Origin: Treponema sp.
GTDB taxonomy: Bacteria > Spirochaetota > Spirochaetia > Treponematales > Treponemataceae
Length of the DNA stretch: 24,000 bases
Assembly (NCBI GenBank): GCA_022510905.1
Contig: JAFLSN010000001.1
Span: forward strand, 181,001-205,000
Direction: 5' to 3'
Shown here: positions 1-8,532 of the stretch, in pieces
How the letters are laid out: the number at the start of each line of letters is the position of its first letter
Position numbering within the stretch: the first letter of the stretch is position 1
Position numbers and translations under genes: made by a program
The notes under the pieces: generated by a model
Told to the model about the DNA's origin: nothing
Seen by the model: only the letters and a program-made list of their open reading frames with translations
Database searches by the model: none

Positions 1-812
1 TGCTCGGCATCTATGCTGACTATGGTTACATCGGTACCTGCGTTTATATTGTGATGGTTGAGCGCGTCCAAAAGCCCAAGCGTCATGGCATCATTGTGTG
101 AAAAAATAATGTGAACGGGCTTGCTTCCTATTTTGAGTGCTCCGTTAAACTGTATAATCTGTTCGGTAACTTCTTGGCCACGAGAGCGCAAAAAATCAGC
201 AGACTCGCTATACACAATCGAAAATTTGGGATAGCCATTCAGCACTTCCCTAAAGCCTGCGCTTCGTTCCCGTGCCACCGAAGAATGCACGGTACCTGTT
301 ATTTCCATGATATTCAGTGGGCCGCGTACATCTTCATATTTCTGCAACAAAAAACGTGCGGCTTTTCGTCCTTCTTCAATGCTATCTTCGCCGATGTAAC
401 CGGCATACAGGCTTTCGTCAGAAGTTTTAATTTTCCTGTCAACAATCAGCACTGGAATGTGCGCTTCTTTTGCTTCGCGGAGCACATTATCCCATCCGTC
501 TTCCACAATTGGCACAAACGCAATCACATCAACGCGGTACACGATAAACGAACGAATCGCCTTTAGCTGGTTTGCCTGTTTTTGTTCGGCATCATCAAAA
601 ATAAGCTGAATGCCGTTCTGTTCCGCCGCCTCAAGAACAGATTGTGTGTTCCGTTTGCGCCATGCACTTTCAGCGCCAATCTGGGAAAAACCCATCAAAA
701 TCTGGGCACCAGAGCTGGAAGATTCACCGTCTTTGTTTTTGCATGCACACGGACAGAGTGCCATCAGAAGCATACACAATGCAATGCCGTTCAGGATATT
801 TTTTACGTTCAT
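1..812 (-). CDS. Sugar ABC transporter periplasmic substrate-binding lipoprotein, YtfQ (galactofuranose-binding)-like; 3' end runs off the window
   Basis: Absent from the ORF track because the window edge truncates it. Hand translation of the minus strand from ATG at 812 gives MNVKNILNGIALCMLLMALCPCACKNKDGESSSSGAQILMGFSQIGAESAWRKRNTQSVLEAAEQNGIQLIFDDAEQKQANQLKAIRSFIVYRVDVIAFVPIVEDGWDNVLREAKEAHIPVLIVDRKI..., open to position 1. It has a signal peptide with a Cys cluster. The blocks GFSQ.G.ES.WR, QKQ.NQ.KA.RSF and GW..VL.EAK.A.IPV..DR match what I recall of E. coli YtfQ and RbsB-type binding proteins. Plus-strand ORFs 111..566, 582..851, 610..876 and 644..862 are antisense shadows of this gene. 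Confidence 0.8.
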   Translation of the reverse strand, partial: MNVKNILNGIALCMLLMALCPCACKNKDGESSSSGAQILMGFSQIGAESAWRKRNTQSVLEAAEQNGIQLIFDDAEQKQANQLKAIRSFIVYRVDVIAFVPIVEDGWDNVLREAKEAHIPVLIVDRKIKTSDESLYAGYIGEDSIEEGRKAARFLLQKYEDVRGPLNIMEITGTVHSSVARERSAGFREVLNGYPKFSIVYSESADFLRSRGQEVTEQIIQFNGALKIGSKPVHIIFSHNDAMTLGLLDALNHHNINAGTDVTIVSIDAE

Positions 813-1188
813 GCTGTTCCACATGTTTCAAAACAAATATGCAATGCGTAAAAGCGGAATGACGGCTGCGCTATAGTTCAAGTCCGAATAAGCATACAAA
901 ACCCCATACACCCGAACACTTGCTATTCAGATTCAGCATAGCCGCTAATTTTGGCACAGCCTGCACCACCGAATCATTGCACAAAACTGCTGAAACGATA
1001 CGCTCACCTTTGTCCACAAGTTTCAGCCTTCATTAAAAGTATATAGCACCTTTTTTAATAATGCAAATGCTTTTGCTTTCTGCGCCATTCTTGCCATAAA
1101 AACCGAACATTCAGCATGAATGAAATGACAAAGTAAACACGCAGCAAAATGCAACCAATGAGCTGTTTTTATCTAATGCTGAATAATT

Positions 1189-1327
1189 GAATCGACACAC
1201 CCGATGCGGGAGATGGGTATTATTTTCTGAAACTTGGTAGCTGAGTGATAAAAATCTTTAGACTTTGTTGGGTGTATTGTTATTATAAAACATTGCAGGC
1301 AAGAGTACATCCCCTTTCCGCACGAAT
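1189..1327 (+). repeat. Intergenic repeat family, long-form copy D (139 nt)
   Basis: Hand alignment to the minus-strand copy at 21010-21237. 5' block gaatcgacacaccc vs gaatcaacacaccc: 13/14. ttttctgaaacttggtagctgagt vs ttttctgaaatttgataactgagt: 21/24. ctttagactttgttgggtgtattgttattataa vs ctttagcctttgccggatgtgttggtcttataa: 26/33. gcaggcaagagtacatcccctt vs gcagccaagggtacataccctt: 19/22. 3' block ctttccgcacgaat: 14/14. Confidence 0.7.
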
Positions 1328-1446
1328 AAAATCTTGTTTACGGTGCCATCAATATTGGCAAAACAACAATGCCGTGCTTTTGCGCACATGTTGCTTTAAT
1401 TTGCCATTCATTGTATTGTTTGTTTTAACAAAAGGATTATGTTTTT

Positions 1447-2466
1447 ATGGAAGCAAAAATAACCAAGTCAGATTTTTCGGACTGTGCCGATTCCATTCAA
1501 AAATGCCGCGCGGAAGCGGCCAAACGCTTGGTGGGACTTTCCTCCATTGTTGACGGAATTATCACTGCGTTTATTTCTGGTGGCCACGTGCTGCTTGAAG
1601 GCGTACCGGGACTTGCCAAAACACTTGCGGTCAAAACTTTTGCAGACCTTTCCGGGCTGGAATACAAACGCATTCAGTTTACACCCGATTTGCTTCCCGC
1701 AGATGTAACCGGCACATTGGTGTACGAACAGGCCACCGGAAATTTTTCAGTACGAAAAGGGCCCGTATTTGCAAACATCGTGCTTGCAGATGAAATAAAC
1801 CGAGCACCCGCAAAAGTGCAGTCTGCGCTACTTGAAGCCATGGCCGAAAAACAAGTTACCATCGGAGATGCCACCCATAAACTGCCACATCCGTTTTTTG
1901 TGCTTGCCACTCAAAATCCTATTGAACAGGAAGGCACATATGGATTGCCTGAAGCGGAATTAGATCGCTTTCTTTTAAAACTGCTTGTACCCTACCCTAC
2001 TCCAGAAGAAGAACTGGAGATTGTAAAAACCAACGGAAATGCCATCGACATCCCAGTAAAAAAAGTATTTCCTGAATCTGTCCTTGCAAAATGCCACGCA
2101 GCTGTTGAAGCCATAACCGTTGACGATGCCATACTGCGTTATATTGTTTCGCTAATAAATGTAACCCGTCCTGCACAAGACACGGAAGCTTCGCGCCACG
2201 CAGCATTTACCACCACGCAGCACCACAGCGACATCCTGCATTATATTTCATTCGGAGCTTCTCCACGGGCAGGCATCGCTCTGCTTAGGTGCGCAAAAGT
2301 ACAGGCCCTGTTCGCAAACCGAAGTTTTGTGTTACCTGAAGATGTGCAGGCTGTTGCAAAACCTGTTCTGCGCCATCGTCTGGTGCTTGGCTACGAAGCC
2401 GCCGCAGATGGTGTAAGCGCCGATGATTTGATTGGAAAAATTGTGGACGTGGTTCCAATTCCATAA
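1447..2466 (+). CDS. moxR: MoxR-family AAA+ ATPase (first gene of Bat-type operon)
   Basis: 339 aa ORF starting at ATG 1447. Walker A GHVLLEGVPGLAKT, Walker B/sensor region VLADEINRAPAKVQSALLEAMAE.QVTI, and FFVLATQNPIEQEGTYGLPEAELDRF, typical of the MoxR/RavA AAA_3 family. Followed 3 nt later by a DUF58 gene, the canonical MoxR partner. Confidence 0.95.
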   Translation: MEAKITKSDFSDCADSIQKCRAEAAKRLVGLSSIVDGIITAFISGGHVLLEGVPGLAKTLAVKTFADLSGLEYKRIQFTPDLLPADVTGTLVYEQATGNFSVRKGPVFANIVLADEINRAPAKVQSALLEAMAEKQVTIGDATHKLPHPFFVLATQNPIEQEGTYGLPEAELDRFLLKLLVPYPTPEEELEIVKTNGNAIDIPVKKVFPESVLAKCHAAVEAITVDDAILRYIVSLINVTRPAQDTEASRHAAFTTTQHHSDILHYISFGASPRAGIALLRCAKVQALFANRSFVLPEDVQAVAKPVLRHRLVLGYEAAADGVSADDLIGKIVDVVPIP

Positions 2467-2469
2467 GCC

Positions 2470-3345
2470 ATGAACAAAACATCGCTTGCAAAACGTGCCT
2501 ATCTTTTAAATCTCCATGCGCTGTCGTTGGCAGAAGGTATGCGTAGCGGAACATTCAAATCAGTATATCGCGGGCAAGGAGTTGAATTCAGCGGTGTACG
2601 AGAATACCTTCATGGCGATGATGTGCGCACTATCGACTGGAATGTTACTGCACGCATGGGAAGACCTTTCATAAAACAGTTTGAAGAAGAACGCGAGCTT
2701 TCGGTATTCCTTGTTGTTGACGCTTCATTTTCGATGGATGGCGGTTCTGGAAAGCAATCACGTTTTGAAACTGCATTCGAATGTGCATCGCTACTTGCAA
2801 TGGCCGCCACACAAAACAACAGCCCATTAGGAGCCGTTGTTTTTGACGGACGCATTTCATTCTTCTGCCCACAAAAAACAGGCAAAGATCATGCTCTCAT
2901 GATTCTATCTCGATTTGACCATGCAGCGCAAAACCGCATTTCTGGTTCGGTGCTGCAAACTGCATTGGAAGGCGTATGGAAAGTTCTAAAAAAACGCACA
3001 CTCGTTGTAGTTATTTCAGACTTTCGCACAAATGGTTGGGTGCAGCCATTGGCACGGCTGGCTTTGCATCACGATGTGCTTGCCGTGCGCATAACGGACG
3101 CGCTAGATAAACAGCTTCCCCGTATCGGCACCGTTCCATTTGCAGACCCGGAAACGCATTTTTTGGGTCTGTTACCAACTTCATCTGCAAGCTTTGCCCA
3201 GGAATGGCGTGAATATAATCACATGCATGTACAGCGCTGGCAAAAAGATTGTCTTCGCCATGGAGCAGTGCCGCTAATCATCGGAACCGAACATGATGTG
3301 GCCGCAGAACTTGGTGCATTTTTTGCCTCCAAGGAGTTTGCATGA
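2470..3345 (+). CDS. DUF58 domain protein (MoxR-associated, degenerate VWA-like)
   Basis: 291 aa ORF. Motifs GVEFSGVREYLHGDDVRTIDWNVTARMGRPFIKQFEEERELSVFLVVDASFSM are the signature DUF58 region as I recall it. The stop overlaps the next start (ATGA at 3342-3345). Confidence 0.9.
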   Translation: MNKTSLAKRAYLLNLHALSLAEGMRSGTFKSVYRGQGVEFSGVREYLHGDDVRTIDWNVTARMGRPFIKQFEEERELSVFLVVDASFSMDGGSGKQSRFETAFECASLLAMAATQNNSPLGAVVFDGRISFFCPQKTGKDHALMILSRFDHAAQNRISGSVLQTALEGVWKVLKKRTLVVVISDFRTNGWVQPLARLALHHDVLAVRITDALDKQLPRIGTVPFADPETHFLGLLPTSSASFAQEWREYNHMHVQRWQKDCLRHGAVPLIIGTEHDVAAELGAFFASKEFA

Positions 3346-4418
3346 AAAGTGCTACTTTTTTGCGGCTTGTGGTCTGGGCGCTGTTCTTTCTGAACTGTAT
3401 ATCAATCAATGCCCAGCAGATTGAAAACACCCGGCAAGTGCTTGTTCCTAAAGAAGTATTTGTTGGTGATTCCGCACATATCATATATTCATTCCGCTCA
3501 CCAGCTGATTTTTTTGACTGTGTTCCTTCTTCTCGCATCAAAAATGATTCGCTTATTCTTTCACCTGCATTACCAGCGTTTACTTCTGTGGCAAACCGTT
3601 GTACAATTTCCGAAGCCACAATCTCCCGCAACGGGCTGAACTATGTGCTCGACATCACCATAATTCCTTGGGAACCCGGTACCATACAGATTCCACCATT
3701 TGACTTGTACGCGGCCTGCCGTTTTTTACCCACTGAATCTGATTCACCAGAAACTTCACAACAACAGCCGCTTCCAACTTGCACCATTTTGCTCGAACCC
3801 ATAAACATCGCCTCGCTTGCTGAACGGCTGGGAGCCTCGCAGCTTCGTCCACCAGCCGCACCACTCATGTTGCCTGGCACAAAGTACATTGTATGGTCGC
3901 TGATTGTCATTGTAATTGCGATGCTATTGGGACTGGGATTCTTAGTTGTACACTTTTCGCTATTCATAAAAAAAATAAGGACGTTAAGAAACACGCTGAG
4001 CCGTCAATGGAATGTGAGACTTACAAAACACCGTTTGCGTTTGCTTTTAACCAAACAAACCACCGACAAAGAATTTGCGGCGCGGTGGCAGCAAACAATG
4101 CGCACTTATCTTACCAACCGATTCTGCGCTTCTTATCAATCGGTTGCGGTAAAGCATCTCGTCACGTTTACCAATGAGCTTACCGGAAACATGCTAAGCT
4201 CGTTCCAAGAAAACGCTGCGATACAAGTGTATTCACTTTTTGTCAGAACGGACTATATCCGATATGCACAAGGCTCTCTTGATTCCCGACAGATTCCACA
4301 AAGCAAACACGAAGCCTGTTTTGCAGAAGACGAACGGCAGCAAGTTGTAGACCAGACAATTCAGTGTGTTGCTGACTTTGAACGTAGCGATGAGCCAAAG
4401 GAGACAATGCATGATTGA
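3342..4418 (+). CDS. Bat-operon membrane protein: secreted BatD-like N-terminal domain + TM + DUF4381-like cytoplasmic tail (assignment tentative)
   Basis: 358 aa ORF with RBS AAGGAG at 3331-3336. Signal peptide MKSATFLRLVVWALFFLNCISINAQ and a single TM YIVWSLIVIVIAMLLGLGFLVVHF. The tail RLRLLLTKQTTDKEFAARWQQTMRTYLTNRF resembles the DUF4381 pattern found in the third gene of Bacteroides Bat operons. Translationally coupled to both neighbours. Confidence 0.75.
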   Translation: MKSATFLRLVVWALFFLNCISINAQQIENTRQVLVPKEVFVGDSAHIIYSFRSPADFFDCVPSSRIKNDSLILSPALPAFTSVANRCTISEATISRNGLNYVLDITIIPWEPGTIQIPPFDLYAACRFLPTESDSPETSQQQPLPTCTILLEPINIASLAERLGASQLRPPAAPLMLPGTKYIVWSLIVIVIAMLLGLGFLVVHFSLFIKKIRTLRNTLSRQWNVRLTKHRLRLLLTKQTTDKEFAARWQQTMRTYLTNRFCASYQSVAVKHLVTFTNELTGNMLSSFQENAAIQVYSLFVRTDYIRYAQGSLDSRQIPQSKHEACFAEDERQQVVDQTIQCVADFERSDEPKETMHD

Positions 4419-5412
4419 ATTTGAAAATCCTGCGGCGTTCTTTTTACTGCTGCTCATTCCTGCGCTGTATTTTTTGCGGGCAGCACATATTTTTACGCGC
4501 ATGACATTTCCGCTGGTACTTGCAGACTGGAACGGTTCCCAGTTTGAATGGAAAAACGGTCTACGTTCTTTTTTTTCAGGATTTGTTCAAGTGCTGATGA
4601 TATGCAGCTTTGTATGCACGATTATCGCCTGTGCAGAACCGGTAGTGCACCACCAAGAAAAAGTATATTCATCCCGAGGCGCAGACATCCTGTTTGTGAT
4701 TGATACAAGTCCTTCCATGGCGGCCCGCGACATTGCAGGCACCAGCAGGATTGAAGCCGCAAAGCAAGCCATTGCCGTGCTTGCGCAGCAAAACAGCGGT
4801 GCAACCGTAGGACTGGTTCAGATGGCAAAAGATGCGGCGCTTGTGGTTCCACCAACAATGGAACGTTCCGCATTTTTTACAAGGCTTGAATCGCTGATAG
4901 CAGGTGAACTGGGCGATGGCACAGCGATTGGCACCGGAATAAGCTATGCAGTCTATCATCTTGAATCATCGCAATCTCCCAAAAAAAGCATTGTGCTTAT
5001 CACTGATGGTGAAAATAACGCAGGAGCCATTCATCCACTTACGGCCGCACATCTTGCAAAAGAAAAAAATATTTCGTTGTATGTGCTTGGCATTGGAACC
5101 CGAGGACGTGTTTCAATTGAATATGTTGATCCAAAAACAGGCCGAGTTTATTCCGGGGATTTTGATTCAAACTATGATATTCATAAATTAGCCCAGATAG
5201 CGACAGAAGCCAACGGAAAATTTTTCACCATAGAAAACATGTCTGACCTTTCGCAGGCGCTTGAATCTGTGAGCAAAAACGAAAGCGTTGCACAAAGCTA
5301 CCACCTCAAAAATCATGACGCGCAATATTACAGGCAATTCTTGTATTTGGCGGGACTTCTTGCCATACTCGCATGGATCATACGAAGTTTGGTTCTTCGG
5401 GAGGTGCTATGA
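4411..5412 (+). CDS. batA: BatA-type VWA domain membrane protein
   Basis: The ORF track gives 4366..5412. I prefer ATG 4411 (MIEFENPAAFFLLLLIPALYFL, typical BatA N-terminus) with RBS AAGGAG at 4397-4402; it overlaps the upstream stop by 8 nt. MIDAS motif DTSPSM (DxSxS), ITDGENNAG, and a C-terminal TM YLAGLLAILAWIIRSLVL. Confidence 0.9.
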   Translation: MIEFENPAAFFLLLLIPALYFLRAAHIFTRMTFPLVLADWNGSQFEWKNGLRSFFSGFVQVLMICSFVCTIIACAEPVVHHQEKVYSSRGADILFVIDTSPSMAARDIAGTSRIEAAKQAIAVLAQQNSGATVGLVQMAKDAALVVPPTMERSAFFTRLESLIAGELGDGTAIGTGISYAVYHLESSQSPKKSIVLITDGENNAGAIHPLTAAHLAKEKNISLYVLGIGTRGRVSIEYVDPKTGRVYSGDFDSNYDIHKLAQIATEANGKFFTIENMSDLSQALESVSKNESVAQSYHLKNHDAQYYRQFLYLAGLLAILAWIIRSLVLREVL

Positions 5413-7028
5413 ATTTTTCTTGTGAACGCCCCGCAGTTTTTTATGCCTTGTTCCTGCTCATTCCTGCGCTGCTGTATGCGTTGCTTTCATACCGCCGTTT
5501 TGTTTTCAGCCTTGTGGAATACAACAGCATACAAAAAAAATCATATGCATTGCACAAGCTTCACTTGAGATTCACAATGCGCACCATATTGCGTAGCCTT
5601 TCATTTGCGTTGCTTGTGGTGGCAGCCTCCGGTATTTCTTGGGGAACAAATTTAGTACCCGTGCAAAAAAACGGACAGTCGATTTCCTTGGTGTTTGACA
5701 TTTCGTACAGCATGGAGGCAAAAGACGCGCCCGGCGGTATGTCACGGCTTGAATCTGTTGCAAGCTATGCCAACGAACTGCTTGACCATTTGCAAGGTAC
5801 AAGTATTTCGGTAGTGCTTGCAAAAGGCAACGGCATTATTGCGATTCCTCTCACCGAAGACCTGGAAGCCATTCGTTCTCTTTTGCCATCGCTTTCTCCG
5901 CTGCTTATGACTGCGGAAGGCTCCAGCCTTGGAAGCGGCATTTCCATGGCAATCAATTCATTTCCAACACAATCCGCAAACAGCTCGTGCATATGGCTGT
6001 TTACCGATGGTGAAGAAACAGACGGCACCCTTTTAGCTTCGTTACAAAATGCTGTCAAGTATGGCATTTCAGTAGTGATTGTCGGCTTTGGTTCAGAACG
6101 CGAAAGTGAAATCTTAGCTGGCGATGGAAAGACCGTGATAAAAACAGCGCTCCGTTCCAATGCACTGGAAAAATTGGTCGCCACTATTTCAAAAGAAACA
6201 GAAAAAAGCAAGCACGGCAGAGAAAGCGCCCAGGTTTCTTACATCGATGCCTCGGAGCCAAGTTCGGCATGGAAACTGCTGCACATGCTGCAAGAACCAA
6301 GCAAAAACGGACAACCTGCCATCGCATATGAAATAAAACAAGTGAGCCACCACACGCTTTTTATTGCGCTTGCAATCGTGTTTTTTGCAGCATCGTTTTT
6401 GTTCAGTGAACTTGACTTTGGAAAAAGAACAAAGCGGACTGCAATACTTTTTGTACTGTGCCTTGCGTTTACATCCTGCACACCCCGGCTAAAAGATGGT
6501 GAAAAAATACTCAAAGGCCGCCTTGAATGGAACCGAAAACATTACCAGCAGGCAGTGGTTTATTTTTTGCAGGCCGCCGACAATTCCGAACGGCGTGGCG
6601 ATTGGTTATGTGCCAACTATGCCCTGTACGGACTTGCAGTCACTTATCTTATGCAGGAAGAAGACGAAGCCGCCCAACAACGTTTTGAACAGATTGCAGC
6701 CAACGCCCCTCCTTCCGTGCAATTTGCCATTCTGTACAATTCTGGAATTATCGCACACAAAAAAGGTGACTACGCGCTGGCAGCTTCGTGTTTCCGAAAC
6801 GCTCTCAAAATCGATAGCTCAAGCAACAATGCAAAAATCAACCTGGAGCTTTCCTTGCGTGAAGATTCGCTGCAAAGTCGAGCGCAGGAACAGGAACTTC
6901 AGCCAATTTCAGAAAATTCAGAAGAGCACACTCTTGAACAGGTGCTGTTTTCAATCATCCGTGAAAACGAGGAAAATCAATGGAAAAACCAGCTTCAGCA
7001 TTCCGAGCATTCAGCCCGCGATTATTAA
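5409..7028 (+). CDS. batB: BatB-BatC fusion: VWA domain membrane protein with C-terminal TPR region
   Basis: The ORF track gives 5373..7028. I prefer ATG 5409 (MNFSCERPAVFYALFLLIPALLY) with RBS GGGAGG at 5398-5403 and an ATGA overlap with the batA stop. MIDAS DISYSM and FTDGEETDG, then TM HTLFIALAIVFFAASFLF, then TPR-like repeats (HYQQAVVYFLQA..., YALYGLAVTYLMQEEDEAAQQRFEQI, ILYNSGIIAHKKGDYALAASCFRNALKID). Confidence 0.9.
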   Translation: MNFSCERPAVFYALFLLIPALLYALLSYRRFVFSLVEYNSIQKKSYALHKLHLRFTMRTILRSLSFALLVVAASGISWGTNLVPVQKNGQSISLVFDISYSMEAKDAPGGMSRLESVASYANELLDHLQGTSISVVLAKGNGIIAIPLTEDLEAIRSLLPSLSPLLMTAEGSSLGSGISMAINSFPTQSANSSCIWLFTDGEETDGTLLASLQNAVKYGISVVIVGFGSERESEILAGDGKTVIKTALRSNALEKLVATISKETEKSKHGRESAQVSYIDASEPSSAWKLLHMLQEPSKNGQPAIAYEIKQVSHHTLFIALAIVFFAASFLFSELDFGKRTKRTAILFVLCLAFTSCTPRLKDGEKILKGRLEWNRKHYQQAVVYFLQAADNSERRGDWLCANYALYGLAVTYLMQEEDEAAQQRFEQIAANAPPSVQFAILYNSGIIAHKKGDYALAASCFRNALKIDSSSNNAKINLELSLREDSLQSRAQEQELQPISENSEEHTLEQVLFSIIRENEENQWKNQLQHSEHSARDY

Positions 7029-8353
7029 CCTGCACAGTGCTGGCAATTTTGTGCGGCACAAGTTTGAATGCACGACCTTCCGCAGAACAAATTCGTTCGC
7101 TTTTATTCAGAGCGGTGCAAAACCCTTTTTTTGTTGGTGCTGAAAACGAAGTCATGCTGGAAATCCCGGAACTTGCTCCAGATAAAGTGCAGATTGTCTC
7201 CGATTCACTTTCCGAAAATGTGGCGCTGCTTTCATCCCGAAAAGAAAAATCGCTTCTTGCAAATGGCACAGCCGGCACAACAATACATGTGTGGCTCAGG
7301 TTTTTAAAACCGGGTTCGTATGAACTTTCCCCGTTCAAGGTTCGCATTTACGGGAAGACCTACGACATTCCTGTTCAGCCTATAACGGTTTTTGAAAATC
7401 CGCAGTTGATTCAGCCAGAGCTTTTTGCAGTAGTGGAGCAACCGCATGCACACAATGCAAAACAGCGTTTTGAAGTTTCCGCAGCCACGCATATTATTTT
7501 TACGGTGTACATTCGCTATGCTGTTCAGATTGTAAGCTTTTCCTGGAACATTCCGCAGAATTCATTGTTTTCAGAAATTTGCCGCTACGAAATTACCGAA
7601 GGAATTCCCCGTGGCACAGAATTTTCGCAAAAGGCAGAGCCGGTCGCACGTTTTGACTGGCAGCCTCTTGTGCAGGGGGAATATGAAATTCCTTCGCTGT
7701 CTGTAACCGCAACAGCATACAATGGAAGCCGCATAGAACTAACACTTCCTCCGCAATCATTTTTTGTGGGGCCTATGAAAGAGCCTGATGAAAAACCACA
7801 AAAAACTGAACAGGTATTTGCCTATGCATTCAGCGAGCCACAGCCAGATGAAACACTAAAGTCTGTGAAGCCTGTTCAATTTGAAAATCTTGCAGAACTG
7901 CTTTCGTTACGCCAAAGTGAACGCCATTCTTTTCCTTTTAGCAAGCATTCCAAAAAACGCAGTGAATGGGAAACTGCCGCAGGACTCGCGCCGGGCCCTG
8001 CGGAACCAAGCGTTCCACTGTTTGCACTGTTCGAAGTGTTTTCTGCGGCAAGTCTTATTGCCACAGTGCTTTTATTTGTATTCAAAAAAAAACAGGCAGC
8101 CTTGTGGTGCCTGATATGCTGCCTGCCTTGCACCTGCGGCTCAATTTTGCTTGGAATGCAGGTGTGCACAAAAACCGCGCTATTTGCTGGCGGTGAAATA
8201 AACGCAATTCCAGAATTGCATCGGACATCCGATGTAACGGTGCAGGCAGGAAGCAGAGTGCTGGTAAAACAACAAGCAGGCAGCTGGGCCTACATAAAGT
8301 ACAACGACATTCTGGGCTGGGTTCCACAAAATACACTGTATATCATCCAGTAA
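6980..8353 (+). CDS. batD: BatD-BatE fusion: secreted oxygen-tolerance (BatD-like) repeats, two TM segments, C-terminal bacterial SH3 domain
   Basis: 457 aa ORF with RBS GAGGAA 5-6 nt upstream of ATG 6980; overlaps the batB/C end by 49 nt. Signal peptide LLTCTVLAILCGTSLNA. TMs VPLFALFEVFSAASLIATVLLFVF and ALWCLICCLPCTCGSILLGM. C-terminus VTVQAGSRVLVKQQAGSWAYIKYNDILGWVPQNTLYI is SH3b-like. Confidence 0.85.
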   Translation: MEKPASAFRAFSPRLLTCTVLAILCGTSLNARPSAEQIRSLLFRAVQNPFFVGAENEVMLEIPELAPDKVQIVSDSLSENVALLSSRKEKSLLANGTAGTTIHVWLRFLKPGSYELSPFKVRIYGKTYDIPVQPITVFENPQLIQPELFAVVEQPHAHNAKQRFEVSAATHIIFTVYIRYAVQIVSFSWNIPQNSLFSEICRYEITEGIPRGTEFSQKAEPVARFDWQPLVQGEYEIPSLSVTATAYNGSRIELTLPPQSFFVGPMKEPDEKPQKTEQVFAYAFSEPQPDETLKSVKPVQFENLAELLSLRQSERHSFPFSKHSKKRSEWETAAGLAPGPAEPSVPLFALFEVFSAASLIATVLLFVFKKKQAALWCLICCLPCTCGSILLGMQVCTKTALFAGGEINAIPELHRTSDVTVQAGSRVLVKQQAGSWAYIKYNDILGWVPQNTLYIIQ

Positions 8354-8532
8354 AATAATTTTGAATGTGGCAGAACATAAGCAAATGTTTAACCCAAACG
8401 CTTTTATAAAAGCAGCCCGAATTATGGAACGCATAATGAATCACGAGCCACAGCGCACAACTGCGGCACAAAATATTTGAGGCGGCATTATGTATGCCGT
8501 TAGAAGATCCTACATGTTGGAGGAACGGAAAT

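Noticed and set aside
111-876. Plus-strand ORFs 111..566, 582..851, 610..876 and 644..862
   Set aside because: They lie antisense to a clearly homologous YtfQ-like binding-protein gene that runs off the window start. Their translations are Cys/His/Phe-rich nonsense typical of shadow ORFs.
952-965. TGGCAC...TGCA resembling a sigma-54 -24/-12 promoter
   Set aside because: The GG to GC spacing is 10 nt rather than the required 12, and the TTGC element is incomplete.
905-1020. Possible additional degenerate repeat copy (ccatacacccgaacac ... cattgcacaaaactgctgaaacgatacgctcacctttgtccacaagtttc)
   Set aside because: Only loose resemblance to the 5' block, the cattg spacer and the 3' block. It is too diverged to call by eye and needs a profile search.
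1245-1553. 102 aa ORF overlapping the moxR start
   Set aside because: It overlaps the repeat copy and the well-supported moxR start in another frame, and has a Cys-rich, implausible composition.
8084-8092. Homopolymer tracts inside genes (A9 at 8084-8092 in batD/E, T9 at 22513-22521 and A8 at 22694-22701 in the DUF2804-like gene, T8 at 12395-12402) as possible phase-variation switches
   Set aside because: All are in frame and encode Lys or Phe runs in intact ORFs. Tracts of 8-9 are common in this composition, and there is no evidence of on/off variants from a single sequence.
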